Part shown: piece by piece, positions 37,430 through 48,220 of the stretch | Numbering within the stretch: position 1 is the first letter of the stretch | How the letters are laid out: each line of letters opens with the position of its first letter | Source of the DNA: a virus | Lineage: Duplodnaviria > Caudoviricetes | Strand: one strand, 5' to 3' | Virus record (IMG/VR): IMGVR_UViG_3300012344_000020 | Span: 1 to 64,000 of that record | Length of the DNA stretch: 64,000 nucleotides | Position numbers and translations under genes: made by a program | Notes under the pieces: generated by a model | The model's input: the letters and a program-made list of their open reading frames with translations, nothing else | Told to the model about the DNA's origin: nothing | Databases searched by the model: none

Positions 37430-37791
37430 AACAACAAATATCACGAATGGCACGAATGTTTTTTTAGAACATCGGAATTTACGGAATAAATGGAAATCGT
37501 TAGTGATATTGGCAACATCGAAAGAAACGAAAGAAACGAAAACATTCCGTCAATTCCGCTTCTTCCGATGTTCATTATATATTCCGTCAATTTCGTTTCT
37601 TTCGATGTTCATTATATATTCCGTCAATTCCGTTTCTTCCGATGTTCATTATATATTTCGTTTAATTCCGTTTCTTTCGATGTTCATTATATATTCCGTC
37701 AATTCCGTTTCTTCCGATGTTCATTATATTCGTGACATTCGTGTTATTCGTTGTTCCTTATATCATTCGTTGTCGCTTCGATGTCCGATGT
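37430..37791. repeat. 9-bp arm cluster E, C, D, followed by five tandem 37-38 bp units (37544-37729) and E'
   Basis: Unit ATTCCGTCAATTCCGTTTCTTCCGATGTTCATTATAT. Confidence 0.92.
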
Positions 37792-37996
37792 GCCACTTGC
37801 AGCACACCCTGCACTGATACGCCCTATACCCCTGCGCCACGAGTCGTGGTTGTTGGTTGAGCCATTCGTAGGCATCATCCTCCGTCTCGTAGCTCACCTT
37901 GGCCTTCCACCCGTGCGAACTCTTGCGCGTCCAGTGTTCAGGGTCGGGACGGAAAGGCGGACGCTTGTTGTGGTAGTGGCTATGGTTCCGCTTCAT
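37763..37996 (-). CDS. Small protein with a CxxCxxxH motif
   Basis: AYQCRVCCKWHIGH; coupled to terS. Confidence 0.6.
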   Translation of the reverse strand: MKRNHSHYHNKRPPFRPDPEHWTRKSSHGWKAKVSYETEDDAYEWLNQQPRLVAQGYRAYQCRVCCKWHIGHRSDNE

Positions 37997-38774
37997 CGTC
38001 GCTCCTTCCCTCCATCGGCATTTCAGCCTCACGTTCCTTGCGCTCATCCTCCTTCTCCATATACTCAAAGTAGTCAGGCTCCTCCTCACTGCTGTCGTTG
38101 GCAAAGAGGGCGTCATCATCCATATCCTGCAAGTCCTTCTGCGTAAGACCATACTTGCGGGCCATCTTCCGCTTGTACTCATCGGTGTAGTTCACGCGGT
38201 CGCGCTTCACAATCGACACATCCTGCGTGATGGCAATGCGGCTCATGTCCGGCATCTCGTCCGTGGCATCCTTCTCCTCCAGAAAGTTGCCGTACACATT
38301 CGCCAACGCCTGCATACCTTTGTCCACAGCTCTATCGTTGTTTTGCTGTTTGCCCGTGCGTATCAGCCACTCGGCCGAAGAGAGATACATCGCCTTGTGG
38401 CGCGGACTCTCATCGGTCATAAAGAAGCGTATCAGATGGTTGCACACCGCTACATCATTATTCAACTCCGTGACGGTGCGCGGACGGATATTGCCCTCAT
38501 CGTCCAGTCGGATGTTGAGCGCAATTATCATGGCCTGCGCCTCCTTGTTGCCCTGCGAGGCTTGGTTGAAGAACAGCTCATAGTCGCGTCGGGCAATGTT
38601 GCGGCAGGTGGTGCGCGGATCAATGTCCTTGTTTTGCACCCATCGCTTGTAGAACTCGGCACATATCTGCATACGGTATCGCTGCTCCAGCTTGGGAAAC
38701 GCCGTCTCAATCGACGTGCCGCAAGCCAGCCACTTGTCGATGCGCTGAAGAGTGCCTTGGGTTATCTGACTCAT
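37980..38774 (-). CDS. Probable terminase small subunit
   Basis: Helical protein directly upstream of terL. Confidence 0.55.
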   Translation of the reverse strand: MSQITQGTLQRIDKWLACGTSIETAFPKLEQRYRMQICAEFYKRWVQNKDIDPRTTCRNIARRDYELFFNQASQGNKEAQAMIIALNIRLDDEGNIRPRTVTELNNDVAVCNHLIRFFMTDESPRHKAMYLSSAEWLIRTGKQQNNDRAVDKGMQALANVYGNFLEEKDATDEMPDMSRIAITQDVSIVKRDRVNYTDEYKRKMARKYGLTQKDLQDMDDDALFANDSSEEEPDYFEYMEKEDERKEREAEMPMEGRSDDEAEP

Positions 38775-38807
38775 ATATCTGTTTGTGTTTTATGTTGCTC
38801 TGTCTTT

Positions 38808-39032
38808 AACATCGAAAGGAACGAAATCAAACGAAAATCTTTTTAGTCATCGAAAGTAATCGAGATTTTAGTCATCGAATGAATCAAATGAATCGAACCT
38901 TTTCGTTTCTTTCGTTTCTTTCGATGTTTCCCTTATTCGTGTCATTCGTGTCATTTGATGTTTTCATCTTATCCGTCTCATCTGCTTCTTCCGATGTTCT
39001 TCTCGTTCGTGTCATTCGTGTCATTTGATGAC
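38808..39032. repeat. 9-bp arm cluster D, A, D', A', C', A'
   Basis: D 38808, A 38871, D' 38900, A' 38936, C' 38971, A' 39006. Confidence 0.9.
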
Positions 39033-39057
39033 GACTCCTTTTTGATGTTTCTGCAAG

Positions 39058-39092
39058 CAAAGTTACTTAATCTCTTTTCCCCCATACGGACA
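39058..39092 (-). promoter_or_regulatory. TGTCC-N22-TAACTTTG promoter driving the terminase operon (3 of 6)
   Basis: GGACA 39088-39092; CAAAGTTA 39058-39065. Confidence 0.72.
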
Positions 39093-39118
39093 TGCCCCGC
39101 ACCCCACGTTCCTAATGA

Positions 39119-39153
39119 TGTCCTTACCCTGCGAACAATAAACCTTACCTTTG
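39119..39153 (+). promoter_or_regulatory. TGTCC-N22-TACCTTTG promoter driving the holin-tail operon (4 of 6)
   Basis: Exact 22-nt spacing; divergent partner of the previous promoter. Confidence 0.72.
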
Positions 39154-39200
39154 GCGTATATTTTAAAAGGATAACACAAAAACAAAAACAAAACACAACT

Positions 39201-39752
39201 ATGCAAACAGCAGCTCCCACAATTACCCGCATCGTAGCCGGACTAATCGGCGTGCTATGGTGCTACATCGAACCGTCACTCAACTACATCGCAGTATGTT
39301 TCTTCGCACTCATCCTCGATTGCTACACCGCATGGCGATGCAACCGGCGCATCTACACGCGCTACCGAGAGGCTATCAAGCGCAACCCCAAGTGCAAGAT
39401 GGACGGCAAACTGCGAAGTAAAAAGATGGCAAAGATGGTGCAGGACTTCTCTGTGCTCATCATGGCTATCTTCCTTGCCGTGGTAATCGACCGCGACCTC
39501 TTGGCCCACATGGGTGAACTCCACCTTGCCAACTATCTGGCGGTAATCTATTGCTCCGTGCAGTTCGTGAGCATCCTCGAAAACGAAAGTACCTGCAATG
39601 GTGCGGCATGGGCAAGAGTGATGCAGAAGATAGTGGCGGACAAAACCGAACGACACTTCAACATCAAGCTCAAAGAACTCATGGAGGAGGAGAGGGAGAT
39701 TGAGAAAGACTCGACAACAAATGACACGAATGACACGAATGAAGATGATTAA
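39201..39752 (+). CDS. Phage holin-family protein
   Basis: Three TM segments; SKKMAKM..YCSVQFVSILEN motif. Confidence 0.8.
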   Translation: MQTAAPTITRIVAGLIGVLWCYIEPSLNYIAVCFFALILDCYTAWRCNRRIYTRYREAIKRNPKCKMDGKLRSKKMAKMVQDFSVLIMAIFLAVVIDRDLLAHMGELHLANYLAVIYCSVQFVSILENESTCNGAAWARVMQKIVADKTERHFNIKLKELMEEEREIEKDSTTNDTNDTNEDD

Positions 39753-39766
39753 AACGGTATTTCTTT

Positions 39767-39823
39767 CTACAGATAACACTGATTTTACGGATAAAATATC
39801 TGTTATATCCGCGTTATCCGTAG
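39767..39823. repeat. Class B 9-bp arm palindrome
   Basis: CTACAGATAACACTGATTTTACGGATA-aaa-TATCTGTTATATCCGCGTTATCCGTAG. Confidence 0.85.
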
Positions 39824-39853
39824 ACTTGAAACAACAATAAAACTCAGCAGACT

Positions 39854-40444
39854 ATGACAATTAGCAATATCCTCGAACATTGGGCCACCATCTACAAGCC
39901 CCTGTCGCACAAACCCGAAGGCACGTTGAGCGAGCAGTCGTTCTTCCGTATTCTTGACATTGATGAGGAAAACATCTTCAGCCGCAATGCCAACATCATC
40001 CATTCTCCTTGTATGCTACACCGTGTAGTGTCGAGTGGCGAACTGGTGAAGCCTACGCTGACGGAAGTAACCCATCAAGTGTGCTTCCTTATAAAGGTAA
40101 AGGACACAGCACAGAAACTCGGCAGGCACGACGGACTGAAACAGCAGATGGCGGCCGACGAACTGATGGAGATTTGTGAGGACTTTATTTCCTACATGAT
40201 ACGTCTGCGCAAGACGCAGGTATGCCCAGTGACAGGCGTGTCGTTCAAAAGCGAAACGCAGTTGGCTATGGAACTGTCGGCTATCGACACCGACTCCTTC
40301 GCCTATGGCGTAAATCCCTTCTTCCGCGGTCCGCAATGGCTGTTGGCAGATTGCTATTGGAAGAGCGTAAAACCACTCTACAATTTCGACTGCCTTGTGG
40401 ATAGCAAGTATATTCTCCCCGCACCCCCAACCGATAAAGAATAA
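39854..40444 (+). CDS. Hypothetical tail-region protein
   Basis: Position before the tape measure gene. Confidence 0.7.
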   Translation: MTISNILEHWATIYKPLSHKPEGTLSEQSFFRILDIDEENIFSRNANIIHSPCMLHRVVSSGELVKPTLTEVTHQVCFLIKVKDTAQKLGRHDGLKQQMAADELMEICEDFISYMIRLRKTQVCPVTGVSFKSETQLAMELSAIDTDSFAYGVNPFFRGPQWLLADCYWKSVKPLYNFDCLVDSKYILPAPPTDKE

Positions 40445-40450
40445 TGCGCC

Positions 40451-41005
40451 ATGCCAATACGTACTAAACCGATAAAGAACCCTTGGGCACCGCTAAAGGA
40501 TGTGGCTGGCGTATATCTGAAGCAAGCCATCACCGATATAGAGGTAAACTTCCTCACGCAGCGCATTTACCCTACGGAGGTGTACCGAGGCTATGAGAAG
40601 GTGAACGAATACCGAAAGAAACACAATATGTGGTTCTCTACTGGCGGAGGTGCCAAATCGTTTGAGGGTACGGTGTACAAGGCAGACGAAAAGACAGGCG
40701 ACCTGATGGTGGGTATTCGCTATAATGACTATCTGCGGTATGTGGATATTGGTGTGGGTTTGACGGGTAGGCCCGACGACCCAGACGCGCATATCACTGC
40801 CGACAAGGTAGACCGCACGAAACGAGCCAAGTTTAAGTCGCGCTACATCAGCAAGTGGGACAGACTGAAGGGTAAATCACACCGCCCTGCCATCATGCGA
40901 ACCGTGCGCCGACTGAAAATGCGCTACGAGAATCATCTGGCCGACTACTACGGCTATCAGGGTCTACTTCAGATAATGAACGCTTTGGAGATCGACACGG
41001 AATAA
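40451..41005 (+). CDS. Hypothetical tail/neck-region protein
   Basis: Position; basic protein. Confidence 0.7.
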   Translation: MPIRTKPIKNPWAPLKDVAGVYLKQAITDIEVNFLTQRIYPTEVYRGYEKVNEYRKKHNMWFSTGGGAKSFEGTVYKADEKTGDLMVGIRYNDYLRYVDIGVGLTGRPDDPDAHITADKVDRTKRAKFKSRYISKWDRLKGKSHRPAIMRTVRRLKMRYENHLADYYGYQGLLQIMNALEIDTE

Positions 41006-41041
41006 CCTTTTTTCTTAACAGACAAAAACATTAAGCATAAT

Positions 41042-44000
41042 ATGGCTAAACAGACAACAGAAGCAATCATCACGCTCAACGGCAAACAACCGCTTGAGGT
41101 GCTTAATCAACTCCATAACGCTGCCGAGAAGATAAAGCAGGCGATGGAGGCGACGCAGCAAAAGATGAACGGCATGAAGCCGAATGATGATGCGTACAAG
41201 CAACTCAACGCTACGCTAAAGGGACTGAAGGAGCAGTACAATCTCCTCAGTTCTGCCCAAGTGAAGGATATTGAAGCCACACAGAGACTTCAATCGGCCG
41301 TGGATAATCTTGCGTCCACATCACTGAAGAACCTGCGCAAGGCTCTTGGCGATGGCAAGCGACAGATTGAGGGACTGAGCGAGGCAGAACTTGAACAGGC
41401 TAACTCTATCCGTGAGTTGATGAAAACCGTAGGCGACCAGATACGTCTGCTTGAAGGCAAGTTCGTGAAGATACGCGAGGGCTTGGCTTCTATCGGTACG
41501 CAGAGCGACCAGTGGCTCAGTAAGGCTATCGACCAGCAGAAGGAACTGATGTCGTCTACCCGCCGTGGTACTCAGGAATACAAGGAGCAGGAGCAGGTAT
41601 TGCAGATGCTCACCTCTGAGCAGAACAAACGCAATGCGGCTATCTCGGCAGAGGCAACGGCACGCAAGCAGGCGCAATTCAAACAGCAGGTAGCTTCGTC
41701 GCGCCAAATGCTTTCGTCGGGCAACCTTGGCAACTATTCTCAATCGGAAATTCAGACTTCCATCAATACGCTCCGCCAGGCGCAGAGCCAGACTGCAATG
41801 GGTGGCACGGAATGGAAGCAACTGGCTGACGAGATAAAGAAAGCCGAAGCGGAACTTGACAAACTGCTGGGCAAGACGAAGGAAGTGAAACAGCAAATGT
41901 CGGAGGGCGAAGCCAAGGGTATTCTTGGCGATATTGGTAGCCATACGGAGCAGGAAGTGCGCGAGGCTATCAATGCGCTCAAGATGTTGCAGTCTACGGT
42001 GAACGTGGGCGGCACGCAATGGAACGCCTATGCTGCGGATATAGAGAAAGCCGAAACGGAACTGGGCAAGCTGACGGGTAAGATTAAGGAAGTAAAGGCT
42101 GGAATGTCGGAAAGCGGGGCGAAAGCCACTATTACTTTTATGGACAAGAACTCCGAAAGTAAGGTGCGCGAGGCTATTAATACGCTTCGTTCTCTTCAAT
42201 CGCAAACTGAACTTGGCAGTACAAAGTGGAAAGATTATGCCGACCGAATAAATGATGCAGAGCAAAGACTTGCGGAATTGACGGGCAAGGCAAAAGGAGC
42301 GAAACAAGAATTGTCTCGCATGGATGTGAACGATAGGTTGCTCGATCTTAGTAATCAGTCAGAAAAAAGTCTAAAGGAAATGCTTGACTGGCTGCAAAAG
42401 GCTAAGTTGGAACTTAATCCGTACACACAAGAGTGGAGTCGCGTTGCAGATGAGATTGATAGAGTAAAGCAGCGTATGGCAGACGTGCAAGCCAATACTC
42501 CATATATTCGCAATGAGCAATCGGCTCAGAACATAGCTCGACAGAATCAACTGCAATTTCAGGATGGCACCACCCACGATGTAACCCGGCAGGATTTGCA
42601 GTGGTCGAAAGACTATCTGCAAAAGCAACTCGATGTTACGCCGGTGGCGGACACTGCCAAGATTAAGTATATACAAGAGGCTCTCGACTTGATAGACGAG
42701 CGCATGAAGGCTCTTAACGGCGACACGGAGAAGGCTACCATGTCGGCTGACAAACTCGACGATGTGCTCAATAACATGAAGTCCGCTTCGCTTTCCGAAC
42801 TACGCGATGCTTCCGCCGAACTGAAAAAGCAGCTTGACGGTCTTGCTCCTTCCTCTGACGATGCCAAGAAGATAAAGAAGCAACTGCAAGACCTCGACCG
42901 CGAAATAAAGCAGGTGGAGGACGATATAGTGGACGTGAACGATGTCATCGCCCGCAGCAAGAACGGCAAGGCTTCTATCTCTGAACTGAAGCAGGCATAC
43001 AAACAACTCGAAGCCGAACTGGAAAAGGTTGAAACCGGCGCAAAAGAGTTTGCAGAAAAACATAAAGACCTTGAAAATCTCCGTAAGAAAATAGACGAAG
43101 TAACTGTTTCCGCTAAAAAGCAAGGCGGCGCATGGAACACTGCACTCAAAAATCTGACGGCGTATGTGGGGTTGTTCCAGGTGTTCAACAAGGTAAAGGA
43201 TGTTGTTACTGGAGCTATCAAGAAGAACTTTGAGTATTCAGGCTCCTTGACTGATATTCGTAAGGTGTCGGGTCTGACCATGGAAGAGGTTAATAAGCTC
43301 TCTACTGAGTTGGCGAAGATTGATACCCGAACCAGTGTGGAGGGTCTGGCCCAGCTTGCTTATCAGGGCGCGAAGCTCGGTATGGGTAAGTTTGGTGTGG
43401 ATGGCATGAAGCAGTTTGTGGCTGCTGCCGACCAAATCAACGTAGCTATTGGCGAGGAAATGGGTGAAGAGGCATTGCCTGCACTTTCAAAAATGGTGGA
43501 GACGATGGGGCTTATCCCGAAGATGGGTATCGAAAAAGCCATGCTCGCTACAGGTAGTGCCATGTTTAAGCTGTCTTCCACATCTACCGCTACATCTGGT
43601 AATATCGTTGAGTTTGCCAAGCGACTGACGGGTGTAAGCCGTACTGCCGGTATCACGACCGACCAGTTGCTTGCCCTCGGTTCAGCTTCCGACTCTCTCT
43701 TCTTGATGCCGGAAGTGAGTGCTACTGCCATGTCTAAATTTATTGTAGCATTACAGAAGAATCACAACCTTATCGAAAAAGATTTGGGTATTCAGCAGGG
43801 CACTATCAAGAATATGTATGCCGCCGGTAATGCAATGGATGCCATTGTTCTCGTACTTGAAAAGATGCGCGACAAGGGAAACATGAACGCCCTCGGCAGT
43901 ATATTTAAAGACCTCGGTTCGGATGGCCAGCGACTGGTTACGGCAATGGTTACGATGTCGAAGAATGTAGATGTACTGAAGGATCATCTTTACGAGTCGC

Positions 44001-47000
44001 AAGAGGCTTTTGAGGAAGCTACAGCAGTAACGTCGGAGTATGAGATGCAGCAGCAGAGTGCCATCGGTATTCTTGAACGTGCCAACAACCTTTGGGAAAA
44101 GGCGTTTGTAAATCCCGAAGGTGTGGATATGGTGAAGAACATGGCACAGGCTTGGTATGACATGTCGGAGCTGATGACGCAAAGCCCCATCTTTAAAGGA
44201 ACTTTATCCGCAGCTTTGTCGCTTGTGATTGCATCTGTCAAGACGTTAGTCGTTTTACTCCCTGCATTGATAAATTATATTGTTGCTTTGGGCGTATGGA
44301 AGACGATTACATTCTTGGTTACAATGGCGAAATCTATTTGGGCAGCAGTAACAGCGCAGAACGCTTTGAATGCTGCGTGCAAGGTTAATCCTTATGTGGC
44401 CCTTGCTTCTGTAATAATGACTGCGATAGGTATTATTGCGGGTTTCGCTAATAAAGCTAATGAAGCGGCTAAAGCGCAAGAGGAAGCTGCAAGAAAGGCT
44501 AATGCTTGGAAGGATAAACTTAAAGATGCGGAGCAACAGACGGATAATATGACCCGTAAGCTTCACTCTTATAAAGTCGCTCTCGAACAGGTTAATTTAT
44601 CTCAAAAGGATAGAAATACGCAGATTGCCCGTTTTAATAGAGATTTTAGACAATACATATCAAAGCTCGGTATTGAGATTAAGAGCGTGAGTGATTTACG
44701 TAAGCATTATTCCGCTCTTGCCAATGAAATCCAAAGGGCTACTTATTACAGATTGCGTGAGGAAGCAAAACAGGATGCCTTGCCCGAATTTCAGAAGGAT
44801 CGCTTAAATGCAGCCGACCTTCTGAAAAAATATATAAGCGAAAAAGATTATAAATATGGAGGTTTTTCTGTAAAGGACGTCATTCGCTGGTTTGCTAAAG
44901 GCGCAGATGCTAATGCGGCATACAAATACATGATACAGGGTTCATTGAAGAATACCTATGTAGGACCAAGAAAGGTGAATCCTAACGATATAAAATTCAA
45001 TTATTCTACCGGCGAATACACTTACGACCATAAGGGACCGTATGGTCCGACGAGGGATAGGGATAAGGAACTGTTGGATAGACTTCATTATCTTTATAAT
45101 GCTACGCAGAGAGAATCTAACAAGGAGAAGGAAATTGATGAATATTTCAGTCCGTTTGTTCCGAAAGATTACACTCCATGGGTAGACGATGAGCCTGGCA
45201 CTCTTGAAAATGACGCACCCGACAAGGATGCTATCCGTCAGCAGAAGCAAGAGGAGCGCGACCGCAGGAAGGCGTGGCGCGAAGAACTGAAGCAGAAGCA
45301 GGACGAGGCGAATGCCATCATGGATGACGTGCGCAATTTTTACGAGCGTCAAATCAACCAGAAGATGGAGGATGCCATTGCTCTCGGAATGGATAAGACA
45401 GAGCAAGATCTGTTCATTGAGCCTGTACGCAAACGTATGAATGAGGCTCTTGAGCAGGTACGCCTTGCCATTGCAGGGCAAAAGAACACCTGGGAGCAGT
45501 TTAAGCAGACAATGGATAAAGATTTGATTGAGAAGACCGATGCAACGGGCGTCAATCTATCCAAGGGTTTGCTGAGTAATATCCAAGGTAACAATATTGA
45601 TGCGCTTAGGAATCTGATGGCGCAGTTGTCTAAGAATCTTGGCATTCCTATGACATCTACGACAGCACAGATTTTTGCCAAGGCTTCGAAGAATGAGCAA
45701 GGCAATTTGTCTCTTACCGCCAAGCAGCAGGAGGCTCGTCGTAAGGTAGCGCAGGAACATGATTACACTGGGGTGGTCAAACATAACATGTATGATGACT
45801 TTAACACGATGGGATACGCCAACCCTAACGCGGCAGAAGTTGCAGATAAGGTCGCTTTCGATAAACGTAAGGCTAATATCATCGCCATGTACGAAAAGGC
45901 TCGCAAGGATATATCCAAGATATATGAAACAGATGTGAGCACAGAAGAGGGTAGGGGCTTGTTGATGCAAATCCTCTTTGGTGAAGACCCCGACGGTATG
46001 GCTGCTCGTATTAAGGCTACACTCGGCAATGAAACGAGCGACTGGCAAGCCTTCTATCTTAAACTTCTTCAGTATTCTGACGAATATACAGAGGCGATGA
46101 AGAAGCAGTATGACGACCAAAAGAAGATTGTCAATCAGATGTGGGCTACCAACAAGCGCAACCTCGCCCAGCAGGAGGCTATCCGTAAGATGCAGAACGA
46201 GAGTGATCTTTTCAGCAAGCGTACCAACCTTCTCTCTAATCTCGGCTTGGCAAATCTTACTGCCGACCCCGAAATAGAGTTAATGAAGGCGCGTATGCAG
46301 GCGGCTGAAGACTATTACGCTTTCGTGAAAGCTAACACGCAGAATATGCAGCTTATCAGAGAGGCTGATGATGCTCGCCAGCAAGCCGAACTAAATTACG
46401 CCAACCAGATGGCAACTGCCATGAAGTCGCGCTTGTCGCAGATGAAGGAACTGGTGCAGCCTATCGAGAACTTCGGCTCTGCCGTTGGCCAGGCTCTTGC
46501 CACCATGAAAGATGATGCCGACAGTGCAAACGAGGCTATCAAGTCTGCCCTCAAGTCCATGCTTGAATCATGGGGTAAGATGGCTCTCAACGATGTGAAC
46601 ACGCAAATGTGGAAGGCTATCAATGATGCCGGAGCCAAGCGAGGCAAGGCGAAAGCGCAGCCGGACATTGATGCTGCGCGCAAAAATGCGGATGCCAATG
46701 CCGTGAAAGAGAATCTTTCGGATATTGGCACGGCTGGTAATCCTGCACACGTTATTGTGGATAACGGTATTTCGGTAGATGCCAACGGTAATCCTGCCGC
46801 TCCTAACGCTAACGGGAATGGTAATACAGAAGGAGTACCACAACCTTCCACACAACCGACCGAGCCACCTGCCGCATGGCAAAAGCGAAACCCGGGCAAA
46901 ACGATAGACGATTATAATCGTGAGGTGCAGGGTATAGCAGCGCAAGCCGGCAGTGGTGTCGCTGACGTAGTGACAGGTAACGGTTCAATGGGTGATGTCG

Positions 47001-48064
47001 GCGCGGGTGCAGTGTCTGCTGGCGCAAATGCACTGCTCAATGCTCCTATTGGCGGAAAGTCGTCTGAGGATAAGGAGAAAGACAAGCAGCGCAAGGCGGA
47101 AAAGAAGCACCAGAAAGAACTGAATAAGGAAGTAAAGCAGGGAGTAAAGGAACGTGAGAAGGAAAACAAGAAGGGTGTAGAGAATATCACGAAAGACTCT
47201 GCGGAAGCTGGCAAGGAACAGACAAAGCTGGAGGAAACAAAGCAGAATACCACCAATGCTATTGTCGAGACTGGTTTGAACACTACTTTCGTCAAGAAGC
47301 AGGAGAACGATGCCGCTGTCGTAGAACAGAGCAAGAATACGGCACAGGTTGAGAACACATTCTCTATTGTCGGAGCTATCGGCAAGTGCTTTGAGTACTT
47401 GGGCCCTATTGCTGGTCCTATTGCCGCTGCCTCGGTTATGGCTATTCTCACTGGTTTGATGCAGTGGGGTCTGAATGCAGCTTTTGGCGGCAGTAAGAAA
47501 AGTAGTTCTTCATCCACCAAGAACACCAAACTCGTTTCGGGTATGCTTACCTACGATAGCGGTAACGTGCAAGACCTCAAGCCATTCGTTGGCGACAATG
47601 GCGAAGTGTATTGGGCAACGGAGCAGGATAAGCCGCAGGGCGGCGTTAATCTCCTTACCACGCCCACCGCTACAACTATCAATGGCCAACGTTCCCTCGT
47701 AGCAGAGAATGGTCCGGAATTGGTAATCGGCCGTGAAACCACCAAGGCGATGATGATGAACAACCCATCCCTACTGAAGGCACTCGTCAATTACGACAGC
47801 AATTATTCGGGACGCAACGCGGCCCGCAGAACATTTGATGAAGGCAACGTGGGCGAGTCGGTTGGTAATTTCGCGTCAGGCGCGTCAGCGACTGACGACC
47901 TTATAACCAACAACACTGCAAGCAATGCGGCTCTCCTGCAAGCCGTAAACGCCCTCCTTCAGCGTCTTAACGAACCTATCTCCGCCAAGATAGATATGTA
48001 TGGCCGTGGTAATCTCTACGACAGCATGACCAAGGCCAATCAGTTTATGAAAGGCAAGGTGTAG
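41042..48064 (+). CDS. Tail tape measure protein
   Basis: 2340 aa helical protein; LTDIRKVSGLT..LAKIDTRTS TP901-type core; TM segments; ~60 aa internal repeats. Confidence 0.92.
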   Translation: MAKQTTEAIITLNGKQPLEVLNQLHNAAEKIKQAMEATQQKMNGMKPNDDAYKQLNATLKGLKEQYNLLSSAQVKDIEATQRLQSAVDNLASTSLKNLRKALGDGKRQIEGLSEAELEQANSIRELMKTVGDQIRLLEGKFVKIREGLASIGTQSDQWLSKAIDQQKELMSSTRRGTQEYKEQEQVLQMLTSEQNKRNAAISAEATARKQAQFKQQVASSRQMLSSGNLGNYSQSEIQTSINTLRQAQSQTAMGGTEWKQLADEIKKAEAELDKLLGKTKEVKQQMSEGEAKGILGDIGSHTEQEVREAINALKMLQSTVNVGGTQWNAYAADIEKAETELGKLTGKIKEVKAGMSESGAKATITFMDKNSESKVREAINTLRSLQSQTELGSTKWKDYADRINDAEQRLAELTGKAKGAKQELSRMDVNDRLLDLSNQSEKSLKEMLDWLQKAKLELNPYTQEWSRVADEIDRVKQRMADVQANTPYIRNEQSAQNIARQNQLQFQDGTTHDVTRQDLQWSKDYLQKQLDVTPVADTAKIKYIQEALDLIDERMKALNGDTEKATMSADKLDDVLNNMKSASLSELRDASAELKKQLDGLAPSSDDAKKIKKQLQDLDREIKQVEDDIVDVNDVIARSKNGKASISELKQAYKQLEAELEKVETGAKEFAEKHKDLENLRKKIDEVTVSAKKQGGAWNTALKNLTAYVGLFQVFNKVKDVVTGAIKKNFEYSGSLTDIRKVSGLTMEEVNKLSTELAKIDTRTSVEGLAQLAYQGAKLGMGKFGVDGMKQFVAAADQINVAIGEEMGEEALPALSKMVETMGLIPKMGIEKAMLATGSAMFKLSSTSTATSGNIVEFAKRLTGVSRTAGITTDQLLALGSASDSLFLMPEVSATAMSKFIVALQKNHNLIEKDLGIQQGTIKNMYAAGNAMDAIVLVLEKMRDKGNMNALGSIFKDLGSDGQRLVTAMVTMSKNVDVLKDHLYESQEAFEEATAVTSEYEMQQQSAIGILERANNLWEKAFVNPEGVDMVKNMAQAWYDMSELMTQSPIFKGTLSAALSLVIASVKTLVVLLPALINYIVALGVWKTITFLVTMAKSIWAAVTAQNALNAACKVNPYVALASVIMTAIGIIAGFANKANEAAKAQEEAARKANAWKDKLKDAEQQTDNMTRKLHSYKVALEQVNLSQKDRNTQIARFNRDFRQYISKLGIEIKSVSDLRKHYSALANEIQRATYYRLREEAKQDALPEFQKDRLNAADLLKKYISEKDYKYGGFSVKDVIRWFAKGADANAAYKYMIQGSLKNTYVGPRKVNPNDIKFNYSTGEYTYDHKGPYGPTRDRDKELLDRLHYLYNATQRESNKEKEIDEYFSPFVPKDYTPWVDDEPGTLENDAPDKDAIRQQKQEERDRRKAWREELKQKQDEANAIMDDVRNFYERQINQKMEDAIALGMDKTEQDLFIEPVRKRMNEALEQVRLAIAGQKNTWEQFKQTMDKDLIEKTDATGVNLSKGLLSNIQGNNIDALRNLMAQLSKNLGIPMTSTTAQIFAKASKNEQGNLSLTAKQQEARRKVAQEHDYTGVVKHNMYDDFNTMGYANPNAAEVADKVAFDKRKANIIAMYEKARKDISKIYETDVSTEEGRGLLMQILFGEDPDGMAARIKATLGNETSDWQAFYLKLLQYSDEYTEAMKKQYDDQKKIVNQMWATNKRNLAQQEAIRKMQNESDLFSKRTNLLSNLGLANLTADPEIELMKARMQAAEDYYAFVKANTQNMQLIREADDARQQAELNYANQMATAMKSRLSQMKELVQPIENFGSAVGQALATMKDDADSANEAIKSALKSMLESWGKMALNDVNTQMWKAINDAGAKRGKAKAQPDIDAARKNADANAVKENLSDIGTAGNPAHVIVDNGISVDANGNPAAPNANGNGNTEGVPQPSTQPTEPPAAWQKRNPGKTIDDYNREVQGIAAQAGSGVADVVTGNGSMGDVGAGAVSAGANALLNAPIGGKSSEDKEKDKQRKAEKKHQKELNKEVKQGVKEREKENKKGVENITKDSAEAGKEQTKLEETKQNTTNAIVETGLNTTFVKKQENDAAVVEQSKNTAQVENTFSIVGAIGKCFEYLGPIAGPIAAASVMAILTGLMQWGLNAAFGGSKKSSSSSTKNTKLVSGMLTYDSGNVQDLKPFVGDNGEVYWATEQDKPQGGVNLLTTPTATTINGQRSLVAENGPELVIGRETTKAMMMNNPSLLKALVNYDSNYSGRNAARRTFDEGNVGESVGNFASGASATDDLITNNTASNAALLQAVNALLQRLNEPISAKIDMYGRGNLYDSMTKANQFMKGKV

Positions 48065-48137
48065 GACGTTAAGTCTTACAAGGCTATCACAGACAACAAT
48101 TCTTTAGCCATGATAAATGATATGTAAATTAGGTTTG

Positions 48138-48176
48138 AGACCGCTCCGCCGTGATGGTGTGGCGGTCTTTTCTTTT
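48138..48176 (+). terminator. Intrinsic terminator after the tape measure gene
   Basis: AGACCGC..GTGA..GCGGTCT plus T-tract. Confidence 0.8.
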
Positions 48177-48220
48177 ATTCTAATCTTTCGTTGATATTGT
48201 TCTAATCTTTCACTGGGTAT

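Noticed and set aside
37544-37729. CRISPR or TIGR-like array
   Set aside because: Inter-repeat sequence is constant (TTCATTATAT), there are no unique spacers, and no cas or Nop-domain gene was seen
39854-41005. Programmed frameshift of tail assembly chaperones
   Set aside because: No XXXYYYZ slippery site recognised at the end of the first ORF; both ORFs have their own starts
41321-47790. Long minus-strand ORFs inside the tape measure gene (also 57321-58733, 35539-36267, 36547-37467)
   Set aside because: Antisense shadows of real genes, with no recognisable motifs or leaders
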